This document shows positions 10,703 through 22,129 of a DNA stretch of 44,751 nucleotides, one piece after another. The stretch is from NCBI RefSeq assembly GCF_006345805.1, contig NW_021834698.1, forward strand, positions 1 to 44,751, read 5' to 3'. The notes under the pieces are model-generated. The model was not told where the DNA came from. It saw only the letters and a list, made by a program, of their open reading frames with translations, and did no database searches. Made by a program: the position numbers and the translations under genes. This stretch comes from Octopus sinensis (taxonomy: Eukaryota). Numbering within the stretch: position 1 is the first letter of the stretch; each line of letters starts with the position of its first letter.

Positions 10703-10775
10703 AGCCCCCAGTGAGGATCGAACTCACGACCCCTGGTTTACAAGACCAGTGCTCTAGCCACTGAGCTATGGAGGC
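10703..10775 (-). tRNA. tRNA-Thr(TGT): tRNA-Thr, anticodon TGT, intact 73-nt cloverleaf
   Basis: GCCTCCA TA GCTC AGTGGCTA GAGC A CTGGT CTTGTAA ACCAG GGGTC GTGAG TTCGATC CTCAC TGGGGGC T; all stems pair (one G:U); canonical A and B boxes. Confidence 0.95.
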
Positions 10776-11297
10776 AACTGAAAAAAATTGATTCGTAAAA
10801 CAAGTAAATCGTAAGACGAGCTCGGTCATGGAACGAATTAAACTCGTACATCCAACGTATCGCTGCATTTTTGGAATTTTTTTCATGTTATCTTAAAAAC
10901 TTAACAGAAGATTGCGTTTGTCTGGGTGGCAGACATTAGGTTATATTCTAAATGATAATATTTATTCGTTCGTGTTTCTGTTTGGCGAGAAGCCAGACTG
11001 GAAACTAAGATTTAAATCATCATTTCCAGTTCTTCTTCGTCTGGTGAGCAGCACTCGATTAAAATAGTCTTGCACTGATGCCCATTAAGTGATAAGCCGT
11101 CTTTGATTTTCTGGAAGACTGCACTTTCCTTTCTTTGGGATTGTTACAGTTATAGACTTTTACCATTCTTCTGCTGGATCATCTCTAACGATTATTGAAT
11201 TGATAATTGGTAAAAGAAGCTCAGCACAAGAGAACGGAGAATTTTGCCTGGTCCACTAGCTTTTCCACCAAACAATATTACTTATCTCTCTCTAAGA

Positions 11298-11712
11298 GGC
11301 AAGCTGGCAGAAACGTTAGCACGCCGGGCGAAATACGTAGCCGTATTTCGTCTGCCTTTACGTTCTGAGTTCAAATTCCGCCGAGGTCGACTTTGCCTTT
11401 CATCCATTCGGGGTCGATAAATTAAGTACCAGCTACGCACTGGGGTCGATGTAATCGACTAAATACCTTTATCTGTACTTGTTTGTCCCCTCTATGTTTA
11501 GCCCTTTGTGGGTAATAAAGAAATAGGTATTTCGTCTGCCGCTACGTTCTGATTTCAAATTCTGCCGAGGTCGACTTTGTCTTTCATCCTTTCGGGGTCG
11601 ATTAAATAAGGACCAGAAACGCATTGGGGTCGATACAATCGACTTAATCCGTTTGTCTGTTCTTATTTGTCCTCTCTGTGTTTAGCCCCTTGTGGGAAGT
11701 AAAGAAATAGGT
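11298..11712 (+). mobile_element. SINE family B dimer
   Basis: Head GGCAAGCTGGCAGAAACGTTAGC, two units joined at AAAGAAATAG|GTATTTCGTCTG. Confidence 0.9.
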
Positions 11713-11731
11713 ATCATTTATCTCTCTAAGA

Positions 11732-11945
11732 GGCAAGCTGGCAGAATCGTTAGTACGCAGGCGAAATGCTTAGCAGCACTTCGTCCGTCCTTACGTTCTG
11801 GGTTCAAATTCCGCCGAAATTGACTTATCTTTCATCTTTTCGGGGTCGACAAAGTAGGTATCACTTGATTAATGAGGTTGATTTAATCGATTTAGCCCCT
11901 GCCCCTAAACTCCCTTTGTCGTGTCAAATTTTGAAGCCGTTATCA
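11732..11945 (+). mobile_element. SINE family B monomer, diverged, with alternative tail
   Basis: Same head and central domain; tail CCCCTGCCCCTAAACTCCCTTTGTCGTGTCAAATTTTGAAGCCGTTAT. Confidence 0.8.
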
Positions 11946-12230
11946 CTTATATCTCTCTTCACCTCTTTTCCATTAATTGATTCTGTGGATATTGCAAGTT
12001 ATCTATCCATTTGATCGATCGCTAATCGGTTCCAAGTTGGTGGCAGTTGTTAGAACGTTCAATAACTTCTTAAATCAAAGCCAAATGCTTGTTATACATT
12101 CTTGCAATCAACTACAAAAATCAAGGATTCCTTTGTTTTTCCTGCGAGTGATCTTTTCAATATTTTTCCAAATCGACCATTCTTTCAGCTCAATGATTTC
12201 TCTGTTTAATTCTTCGGCTATTTTACATTT

Positions 12231-12370
12231 CATACTTTTGCTTGTTTCAATCATAAGACTGCGGCCATGCTGGGGCACCTCCTTGAAGAAATTTTAGTCG
12301 AATGAATCGATTCCAGTACTTTTTTTGTTAAAGAAAAAGCCTGGTACTAAGTCTATCGATCTGTTTCGCC
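12231..12370 (-). mobile_element. SINE family A tail fragment, older variant
   Basis: GACTGCGGCCATGCTGGGGCACC and following body. Confidence 0.75.
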
Positions 12371-12371
12371 A

Positions 12372-12735
12372 GAGGCGCAGGATTGGCTGTGTGGTAAGTA
12401 GCTTGCTTACCAGCCACATGGTTCCGGGTTCATTCCCACTGCGTGGTACATTGGGCAAATGTCTTCTACTATAGCCTTGGGCCGACCAAAGCCTTGTGAG
12501 TGGATTTGGTTGACGGAAACTGAAAGAAGCCCGTCGTATATATGTATATATATGTGTGTGTGTGTTTCCCCCTAACATCGCTTGACAACCGATGCTGGTG
12601 TGTTTACGTCCCCGTAAATTAGCGGTTCGGTAAAAGAGACCGATAGAATAAGTACTAGGCTTCCAAAGAATAAGTCCTGGGTCGATTTGTTCGACTAAAT
12701 GCTGTGCTCCAGCATGGCCACAGTCAAAGTAAGAG
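12372..12735 (+). mobile_element. SINE family A, nearly full length
   Basis: Head GAGGCGCAGGATTGGCTGTGTGG through tail CAGCATGGCCACAGTCAAA. Confidence 0.88.
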
Positions 12736-12745
12736 ACTGCTAAGT

Positions 12746-12800
12746 CTCTTACTTGTTTCAGACGTAAACACACCCACACTGATTATCAAACGGGGACAAA

Positions 12801-12831
<31 letters not shown>

Positions 12832-13020
12832 CATGTATGGTTATATATATATATATATATACGATGAGCTTCTTTCAGTTTCCGTCAACCAAATCCACTC
12901 ACAAGGCTTTGAATAGTCCGAAGTTATGGTAGAAGACACTTGCCCAAGGTGCCATGCACTGTAACTGAACCCGGAACCAAGTGGGAGGGAAGAAAACAGC
13001 TAACCACTTAGTCACACCTG
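12746..13020 (-). mobile_element. SINE family A, internally deleted and diverged
   Basis: Tail end TCTTACTTGTTTCA joined to GACGTAAACACACC; microsatellite; degenerate head. Confidence 0.75.
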
Positions 13021-13091
13021 GTTCGTAACTCATACTCTAACACTTTGACCTACAGAGGACATTGTTCTCAATTGTTTTAAAAGTCTTCTGC

Positions 13092-13572
13092 CTTGAATTT
13101 CTCCAGTATTGCTCTCTCTCTCTCTCTCTCTCCCTCTCTCTCATTCCTCTCTCTCCCTCTCTCTTATTCCTCTCTCTCTCCCTCTCTCTTATTCCTCTCT
13201 CTCCCTCTCTCTTATTCCTCTCTCTCCCCTCTCCCACTCTTTCTCTCTCTCCCCTCTCCCACTCTTTCTCTCTCTCCCCTCTCCCACTCTTTCTCTCTCT
13301 CCCCTCTCCCACTCTTTCTCTCTCTCCCCTCTCCCACTCATTCTCTCTCTCATTCTTCCTCTCTCTCTCATTCTTCCTCTCTCTCTCATTCTTCCTCTCT
13401 CTCTCTCATTCTTCTCTCTCTCTCATTCTTCCTCTCTCTCTCTCTCATTCTTCCTCTCTCTCTCTCTCATTCTTCCTCTCTCTCTCTCTCATTCTTCCTC
13501 TCTCTCTCTCTCTCTCTCATTCTTCTCTCTCTCTCTCATTCTTCCTCCCTCTCTCTCATTCTTCCTCTCTCC
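13092..13572. repeat. About 480-bp polypyrimidine (CT-rich) tract with sub-repeats
   Basis: Units such as CTCTCCCACTCTTT and CTCTCATTCTTCCT. Confidence 0.95.
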
Positions 13573-14107
13573 TTAAGCGCTGATTTTTCTTTGGGCGTTG
13601 TTGTAGAAATATTTTATTTGCGCCGTGCTGTATCGATTCCCTAACAAGTTTCAGATTCAGACTGAACGGCGAGTGTTTTGTCTTAAAATCATTTCGCCAA
13701 CTAAGCGACATCTGGTCGCGTTGTTTTGTAATACAACTTAACAAACTTGCTTTAAACAACAATGACTGTCTTCTGTTATTTTAACTACCGTAGCCTTCAA
13801 ATAACGTTCCAGTCGTCATCATTGTACATACATTCTGATCAGATACACTTTAGTCACCGGAGATTATTTTTGTAGTTTCAAACTATTTTCGGTGTTGATC
13901 TGGAAAGACATAATAAATCCTAGCCGAGTTTTTTTGTTTTTTTCCGGGTGGATCATAAAAGGTGACAAGTTGGCCTAGTTTTGGACGAAAAACGCCTGTT
14001 TAATGCAACGGTTCTCACCCCGACAGCCCTTTCGCCATCGACAAACATTTACAGCATTTTGCGAACGACCCTTCACGATTTTTTGCAAATGAATTAATAA
14101 TAAATAA

Positions 14108-14691
14108 GAAGAGTGGTTACAAATTTTGCCACAAAGGCAGCCATTTTACGGAAGGGGTGAGTCGATTATATCGACCCCAGTGCGTAACTGGTACTTAATT
14201 AATCGACCCCGAAAGGATAAAAGGCAAAGTCGACCTCGGCGGAATTTAAAACTCAGAACGTAAAGACAGACGAAATACCTATTTCTTTACTACCCACAAG
14301 GGGCTAAACACAGAGAGGACAAACAACTACAGACAAACGGATTAAGTCAATTATATCGACCCCAGTGCGAAACTGGTATTTATTTAATCGACTCCGAAAG
14401 GATGAAAGGCAAAGTCGACCACGGCGGAATTTGAACTCGGAACGTAGCGGCAGACGAAATACCTATTTCTTTACTACCCACAGGGGTCTAAACACAGAGA
14501 GGATAAACAATAACAGACAAACGGATTAAGTCAAGTATATCGACCCCAGTGCGAAACTGGTACTTACTTAATCGACCACGAAAAAGGATGAAAGCAAATC
14601 GACCTCGGAGGAATTTGAACTCAGAACGTAACGGCAGACGAAATACCGCTAAGCATTTCGCTCGGCGTGCTAACGTTTCTGTCAGCTCGCC
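14108..14691 (-). mobile_element. SINE family B trimer
   Basis: Full head at 14640-14691, three central-domain units, alternative tail at the left end. Confidence 0.88.
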
Positions 14692-14696
14692 AACAA

Positions 14697-14765
14697 TGAC
14701 GATGATGATGATGATGATGACGACGACGAGACGACGATGATAATGATGATAATGACGATGATGAG
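14697..14765. repeat. (GAT)n/(GAC)n triplet tract
   Basis: Direct reading. Confidence 0.9.
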
Positions 14766-14899
14766 GTTGACATAGTGAATAATGATAAGCTTCTATAGGA
14801 TTTCTCCATAAAGTCTGAACATGCTATTAAAGTAAAAGGACATGATATGATTTTAGAGGGAAAAAACTGTAATACCATAAACTTTCCAAGACCATATGG

Positions 14900-15140
14900 T
14901 AATTGAGTGGATGCCAGAAACTGAATAGCAGTTCAGGAACAAGCCATTAGGACGGATTTGATAAAGGCAAAGATTGAGAAAACGCAGAATCAGTGGGAAA
15001 GGGAGACGAAAAATATTAACCATCTCTTGAGTGAATGCAGTAAGCTAGCACGAAAAGAATATAAACACATACATGATTGTGTCGAGTAAAAGAGTTGCTT
15101 TGGATTGTAAGCTGCCTGTGTGAATTGGAAGTGGTAGAAA
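14900..15140 (+). mobile_element. Decayed R4/Dong-type LINE fragment, zinc-knuckle region
   Basis: Translates AVQEQAIRTDLIKAKIEKTQ...ETKNINHLLSECSKLARKEYKHIHD, homologous to AAQDQ...ETVDYLISGCRVLAPVEYKAKHD in the 28765-29382 ORF. Confidence 0.75.
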
Positions 15141-15185
15141 AATTATATGAAGAGCACACACACTACATTTAATAATCTCATTATA

Positions 15186-15877
15186 GGCTCAAGAGTGGCT
15201 GTGTGTTAAGTAGCTTGCTTACCAACCTCATGGTTCCGGGTTCAGTCCCACTGCGTGTTATCTTGGGCAAGTGTCTTCTGCTATAGTCTTGGGCCGACTA
15301 AAGCCTTGTGAGTGGATTTAGTAGACGGAAACTGAAAGAAGACCGTCGTATATAATGATGTGTGTATGTGTGTGTATTTGTGTCTGTTTGTTCCCCCAAC
15401 ATCGCTTGACAACCGATGTTGGTGTGCTTACGTCCCTGTAACTTAGCGGTTACAGGCAAAAGAAACATAGGCTTCATCATCATCATTGTTCGACCGTGGT
15501 CGAGACAATGGAATTTACATGCTACGCCAGACTTCACGTCCATCCATGGCATTGCGGAGGTCCTGTTGCTCGGATGCCTGTATCTGGAGATTACATCAGG
15601 GTAGGAGAGTGTGCGCCCTCTGGTATTGCGAGTAGATGGCTTCCAGAGGAGAAGAGCAGAAATTACTCGTTTTCAGCTCTACAACAATGTCCAGCAAACT
15701 GGACTCTCTTACCTTTCACAAGAGATGACACAGGTGGTAGTTTCCCATATATTTGCATTTTGGTTGGATGGCGCTTCCACGAGAGATTTTGGCTTACAAA
15801 GAATATGGATGCAGTGCTTCAGCATAGCCGCAGTCAAATTGACTGAAACAAGTAAAAGAATAAAAGAATAAAAGAAT
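15186..15877 (+). mobile_element. SINE family A interrupted by an RTE fragment
   Basis: Head and body 15186-15474, tail 15791-15877 ending (AAAAGAAT)n. Confidence 0.85.
15475..15790 (-). mobile_element. 5'-truncated RTE-clade LINE 3' end with (GAT)n tail and 5-bp TSD
   Basis: Translates NLSWKRHPTKMQIYGKLPPVSSLVKGKRVQFAGHCCR, then LLLWKP...GRTLSYPDVISR...DLRNAMDGREVWRS; GGCTT at 15470-15474 and 15791-15795. Confidence 0.85.
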
Positions 15878-16210
15878 ATAAACGCTTATCTCAACACTAG
15901 CAGAAAAACAAAAACAAAAAAACATTGCATTACAGTGGAACGTTGTGAAGCTTAGCAGAAGTCGTGTTTAGTGCAGCCGAGACAACGACTCGTCCGTCGT
16001 CCACAGCCTGAAGAAGGGAAAAAAGTCAACAAGCTAGCCGTCCATTTTTTCTTTAATCATTTCGTGTGTCGTTACCAATTATTCTACAATTATTCTACAA
16101 AGTTCTTGCATACGGACAAATACCAATTCCCCGTTCATGTGCTCGCGGCAATTCTTTAAAGTTCCTAGTCCTGGCATTAAAATTGCTATTTTAAAAATTT
16201 ATTTTTATCA

Positions 16211-16463
16211 ATCTTCTACTTGTTTCAGTCCTTAGACTGTGGCCATGCTGGAGGCACAAGCCTTGAGGAATTTTTAGTTGAGCGAATCGACCTCAGTTAT
16301 TTTTTGTTCTAGCCTGGTACTTATTTTATCTGTCTCTTTTGCCAAACCTCTATGTTACGGGAACGTAAACACCGACACAAAGACACACACACATGTATGT
16401 ATTTATATATACACACAAACATATATATATAAATATATAAATATGTATATATGAATAAAATAC

Positions 16464-16514
<51 letters not shown>

Positions 16515-16556
16515 GTATGTATATGTATATTACATATATAAATATGTATATATGTG

Positions 16557-16598
<42 letters not shown>

Positions 16599-16671
16599 TA
16601 TATATATATGTATGTATGTATATATATGTATATATATATATGTATTACATATATAAATACGTATATATGTG

Positions 16672-16715
<44 letters not shown>

Positions 16716-16945
16716 TATAATGTATGTATATATATGTATATATATATATGTATATTACATATATAAATACGTATATATGTGTATGTATGTATATATATAT
16801 AATATATACATGTATATTACATATATAAATATGTATATATGTTTTATATACATGTATATATATATATATAATATACACACATGCATATGTATGAGTATAC
16901 ACGCACACATACATACATACATACATGCATACATACATACATACA

Positions 16946-16977
<32 letters not shown>

Positions 16978-17204
16978 AAAGTGGAACAAAAACGCAATGT
17001 ATGTATGTATATATATATACGTGTGTGTGTGTGTGTGTGTGCGATGGGCTTCTTTCAGTTTGCGACAGCCAAATCCACTCACAAAGGTTTGGCGGTCTCG
17101 AGGCTATAGCAGAAGACAATTGCCGAAGGTACCACGCAGTGAGACTGAACCCGAAACCATACGGTTGGGAAACAAAACTCTTACCACAGAGCCACGCCTG
17201 CGCC
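16211..17204 (-). mobile_element. SINE family A with about 650-bp internal TA/CA microsatellite expansion
   Basis: Tail 16211-16385, microsatellite about 16390-17040, head 17043-17204. Confidence 0.85.
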
Positions 17205-17574
17205 TGTGTACAATCAGGGATCGATGTTTTGGCCATAACCTGGCAGACGACAGATTTGGAGCAGGTGAGGAAATCTGGGACGCTGGGACTATTTCCATGG
17301 TGATGGTCGTGGTGGATTTGTTCAGAATGCAACGAGCGTCATTATCTTATTTGTTTACTTATTTATTTCTATTTTCCGGGGGAATATTCTCTTTTGAAGT
17401 GGGGAACTTATTTCCATGGTAACTGTTGCTTTACCTTGAGTTATTAGTCACCGTTGCTAAAACACATGACTTACACCTCACCAGGTTCGGCACGTGGACA
17501 GGCGCACGCGCACGCGCACACACGAGATCGTGAGAAAATGTTAACGACTTTGTAAATATACGTGTGTAAGTGCG

Positions 17575-17950
17575 TGTGAGTGTGTGTATGTGTGTGTCAG
17601 GCTATTGTGTGTGTGTGTGTGTGTGTGTGTCTGTGTGTGTGTGTGTGTGTTTATATGTGTATATATGTGTGTATATGTGTGTAGATGTGTATATATGTGT
17701 GTATATGTGTATATATGTGTGTATGTGTGTATATGTATATATGTATATATGTGTGTATATGTGTGTATGTGTGTATATGTGTATATATGTGTGTATGTGT
17801 ATATATGTGTGTATGTGTATATATGTGTGTATATGTATGTATATGTGTATATATGTGTGTATATGTATATATGTATATATTTATGTATATATATATATGT
17901 ATTTATGTATATATTCATGTATTTATGTATATAATTATGTATATAAATAG
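17575..17950. repeat. (TG)/(TA) compound microsatellite
   Basis: Direct reading. Confidence 0.95.
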
Positions 17951-18119
17951 ATGTGTATTTTTCCCTTGTTAACAATTAACACGGAAAAAAATAGATAGAT
18001 AGTTACCAGGGTAGCAAAAAATTACGTGAGATTTTTTGAATAATATATAAATAAATAAATGGAGTAATCCAAATATTTTTACTTCAGTATTTGAATTACA
18101 CCTGCGTTAAACACCATTT

Positions 18120-18545
18120 ATATGTATGTATATATATATATATGTATATATATATATGTATATATATATGTATATATGTATGTATATATGTATGTATAAA
18201 TGTATATATTATATATATATATATATGATATATATATATGTATATATTATGTATATATGTATGTATATATGTATTATAAATGTATATATGTATATATATA
18301 TATATATTATATATATATATATGTATATATATATATGTATATATGTATGTATATATGTATGTATAAATGTATATATGTATATATATATATATGTATATGT
18401 GTAAAGTATGTATGTATCTATATGTGTATGTATGTGTGTATGTATGTGTGTATGTATGTGTGTATATGTTTGTGTATATGTGTGTGTATATGTGTGTGTA
18501 TATGTGTGTGTATATGTGTGTGTATATGTGTGCATATATGTGTGT
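18120..18545. repeat. (TA)/(TATG)/(TG) compound microsatellite
   Basis: Direct reading. Confidence 0.95.
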
Positions 18546-18603
18546 ATAGGTTATGAGAGGTAATGGTGTCACTGAGACCCAAAAGGTGTCAGGTAATGTA
18601 ATG

Positions 18604-18606
<3 letters not shown>

Positions 18607-18648
<42 letters not shown>

Positions 18649-18856
18649 TGTCCCCCACCACCACCACCATCATCGCTTGACAACTGATGCTGGTGTGCTT
18701 GTGCCCCCGTCACTTAGCGGTTCGGCAAGAGAGACCGATAGAATAAGTACTAGGCATACGATGAATAAGTCCTGGGGTCGATTTGCTCGACCAAAGGTGG
18801 TGCTCCAGCATGGCCGCAGTCAAAATGACTGAAGCGAATAGAAGAATAGAAGAATA
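18607..18856 (+). mobile_element. SINE family A body and tail without recognisable head
   Basis: (TG)n then CGCTTGACAACTGATGCTGG...CCAGCATGGCCGCAGTCAAAATGACTGAAG. Confidence 0.85.
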
Positions 18857-18866
18857 TATATATATA

Positions 18867-19272
18867 CTGTTGTGTCTGGGGAGAGTCATTTTCTTTTTGT
18901 GACTTATCAGGTAACTCACTCACCTGTACTCGCACAAACACGGACATGCAAGCACATGAATATGCAGGATACATACGTACAGATGCACACACACACATAT
19001 TATACATACATACACATGCAAACACACACATACATACGTACATGCTTGCATGTATAGGCACTCACACACACACACACATACACTGACCCACACACATGCG
19101 CACAAACAAACAAAAAGGAACGCAGTGTAGATAACGGAAAGATTATTGAAAAGGTTGCAAGACGCAACGAAAAATTTAGGAAAATAAAAATAAGAAATAA
19201 GTGGAAATTTTACCGGTGTGTGTGTTAAATAATAAGGTAGAAAAAGAAAATGACTCTCTCCAGACACAACAG
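18867..19272. mobile_element. MITE with 32-bp TIRs enclosing a (CA)n microsatellite
   Basis: CTGTTGTGTCTGGGGAGAGTCATTTTCTTTTT / AAAAAGAAAATGACTCTCTCCAGACACAACAG, one mismatch; TA at left, AA at right. Confidence 0.7.
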
Positions 19273-19335
19273 AATATGTTTCAACACACGAACTCTTATA
19301 AAGAATCTTGCAAACCAAATCCAAAAACCAAATAT

Positions 19336-19375
19336 CTATATATATTATACATAGATACATACATACATACATACA

Positions 19376-19411
<36 letters not shown>

Positions 19412-19419
19412 TATTATAT

Positions 19420-19453
<34 letters not shown>

Positions 19454-19456
19454 TAT

Positions 19457-19508
<52 letters not shown>

Positions 19509-19516
19509 GTATATAT

Positions 19517-19562
<46 letters not shown>

Positions 19563-19655
19563 GATATATATGTATATATTATATATATTATTATATTTTA
19601 TATGTGTATATATGTGTATATGTATATATATATACGCACACGCACACACACACAC
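19336..19655. repeat. (TA)/(CATA) compound microsatellite
   Basis: Direct reading. Confidence 0.95.
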
Positions 19656-20084
19656 CACTGCATACTATCCGGTTGCTTAATTGTAGTTTTACAGTTTTAC
19701 AGACAATTTAATTTGTTTTGGTCATTAAGGGATTATAGGCATTAAAGTGGTGGTGGTGGTGGTGGTATTAGTGGTGGTGGTGATGTTGTGGTGTTGATCC
19801 TTTTGACCTTTTAGCGAGCCTCTTTGCAGCTCCTCCTAAACAGGTGGGAGGCGGGAGCCGGGGTAGGTACCCTTAAACCTGCGACTCCTGGCCCTTGCAA
19901 AACAGACCCGACCTCCCCACAGACACCCAAACAGGTCACGTGGTGCTCTTAACGGTGACGCGTCTTTTTTTTACGTTCTTTTTGTTGATGGGGAATATGT
20001 TTTTTTGTTATTATTTTCTGTTTTTTTGTTGTTTTTTTTTCGACATCGTATTAAAGTTCTCTCTTCAGAAATTCATCTCTGCTG

Positions 20085-20940
20085 CTGCCGGCGCTGCTGC
20101 TGCTGATGCTGCGATTGTTGCTACCAACGCCGTTGTCATGACTACTACTGTTGAAGTTACGATTATTGATATTCCTGTTGTTGTTCTTGTGCTGGCGGTG
20201 GTAGTGGTGGTGATGGTGGTGGTGGTGATGGTGGTGGTGGTGATGGTGGTGGTGGTGGTGGTGGTGGTGGGATGGTGGTGGTGGTGATGGTGGTGGTGGT
20301 GATGGTGGGGTGGTGGTGTCGAGTGGTGATCATGTAGTTGTAGTGGTGGTGATGTTAGTGGTGGTGGTGGTGGTGGTGGTGGTGGTGGTGGGTGAGGTGG
20401 TGGTGGTGGTGTGGTGGTGTGATGGTAGTGGTGGTGGTGGTGGTGGTGGTGGTGTCGAGTGGTGATCATGTAGTTGTTATTGGTGGTGATGTTAGTGGTG
20501 GTGGTGGTGGTGGTGGTGGTGGTGGTGATGGTGGTGGTGGTGGTGGTGGTGATGGTGGTGGTGGTGGTGATGGTGATGGTGGTGGCGATGTTGGATATAA
20601 TGTTGCTGTTGGCGGTGGTGGTGATGTTAGCGATTGTGGTGGTGGTGGTGGTGAGGCTACTGTTGTTGTGGTTGTTGTTGGTGGTGATGGTGGTGATGAT
20701 GATGGTGGTGGCGATTACAGTGATGTTGCTGTTGTTGTTGGTAGTGCTGGTGGTGTTGTTGATGGTGGCGGCGGTGGCGGCGGCGGCGGTGGTGGTGGTG
20801 GTGGCGGTGGCGGCGGTGGTGGTGTTATTGTTATTGTTGTTGGTGGTGAGGTTGTTGTTGTTATTATTGATGGTGGTGGTGGTGGCGGTGGTGGTGGTGG
20901 TGTTGGTGGTGGTGGTGTTGGTGGTGGTGGTGGTGGTGTT
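20085..20940. repeat. About 850-bp (GGT)n-dominated triplet tract with GAT/GTT/GGC variants
   Basis: Direct reading; block GTGTCGAGTGGTGATCATGTAGTTG occurs twice (about 20316 and 20453). Confidence 0.92.
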
Positions 20941-21309
20941 AAACTGCAGACGAGATTAAGACGATTGCGTAGCTGCGATACGCGGTGGAGTGAAGTGTGA
21001 ATTATAGTACGAGTTGTAGTATAGCGCAGTGTAGTACGACGTGATGCAGACGGTGTATGGCACAGCGTAGTCTGTGGCGTAGTGTCCTATACGGCGCGGC
21101 GTGGTGGTGCTGTCTGGTGCGCTGCAGTGTGGCGTAGCGCAACGTTGTCCGCTGATGAAGCGCGCTGGTGTCTAATGCAGTTTAATCTCGTAATGCGTTT
21201 CACGTCTTTTCTCGTCGGGTAAAAAACAATGAAGTCACGTGTGACTGAATTACATCACGTGAAATGTGATCGCAACGGGAGTACAAGTGCCAGGTTAGGC
21301 AGCGTATTG

Positions 21310-21845
21310 TATGTGTGTGTGTGTGTGTGTCTATATATAAATGTATGCGTATGTATGTATGTATATATGTATATGTGTGCATGTATGTATATATGTATAT
21401 ATGTACGTATGTGTGTGTATGCATGTATGTATGTATGTTTGTATTTATATATGTGTATGTATGTATGTTTGCATGTATGTGTGTATGTAAGTATATGTAT
21501 ATTATGTATGCATGTGTGTGAATGCATCTATGTATGTATGCATATGTATGTATGTATATGTATGTATGTATGTATATGTATGTGTGTATGTATATGTATG
21601 TGTGTATGTATGTATGTATATATGTGTGTATGTATATATGTATGTATGTATGCATACATGTATGTTTGTATGCATGTATTTGCGTGTATGCATGTATTTG
21701 CGTGTATGCATGTATGTATGTATGTATGTCTCTGTATCTATTTATAAATGTATGCGTGTGTTTGAATGTGTGTATCTTTATATAAATGTATGTATGTATG
21801 TGTATGTATGTGTGTGTATATGTGTATGTATGCATGTATGTGCAT
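21310..21845. repeat. (TATG)n/(TG)n compound microsatellite
   Basis: Direct reading. Confidence 0.95.
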
Positions 21846-21864
21846 GTAAGGGCATTATGTACAC

Positions 21865-21992
21865 TCCACTGAGTGGACTGGTACAACCTGAAATAGAAGA
21901 CCTTGCTCAAGAATACAATGCACCGCGGGAATCGAACTCACCACCTTGCGACCGTGATCCGTACACCCTAACCACAAAGCCACGCGCCTTCA
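21865..21992 (-). mobile_element. SINE family C head fragment
   Basis: Minus strand GAAGGCGCGTGGCTTTGTGGTTAGGG...GAGTTCGATTCCC...CTTGAGCAAGG. Confidence 0.8.
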
Positions 21993-22004
21993 CTCGTTTT
22001 TAGT

Positions 22005-22080
22005 ATATATGTATGTAAGTGTATGTGTATGTGTGTGTGTGTGTGTGCGTGTGTGTATGTGTGTGTGTGTGTGTGCGTGT

Positions 22081-22129
<49 letters not shown>

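Larger units (their letters stand above)
10314..10865. mobile_element. Tigger/pogo-like MITE, interrupted by the tRNA cassette
   Basis: TA|CAGTAGAACCTCGCAGTACGAGT at left, degenerate mirror ACTCGTACATCCAACGTATCGCTG|CA at right; repeated subterminal TACGAG motifs; GGAACGGATT/GGAACGAATT motifs recalled from Tigger-type right ends. Confidence 0.65.

Noticed and set aside
11000-11270. Minus-strand open stretch VKSITVTIPKKESAVFQKIKDGLSLNGHQC, possibly LINE ORF1-like
   Set aside because: Too short and unspecific to assign without a profile search.
13580-14100. Unique-looking segment as a host exon
   Set aside because: No long ORF or recognisable motif; it cannot be supported either way.
20065-21000. 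Gly/Val- or His/Pro-rich exon after a possible acceptor TTCTCTCTTCAG
   Set aside because: The reading frames follow directly from (GGT)n; no donor site, partner exon or homology supports them.
21143-21165. CTGATGA hammerhead core-like motif
   Set aside because: Not followed by helix II plus GAAA.
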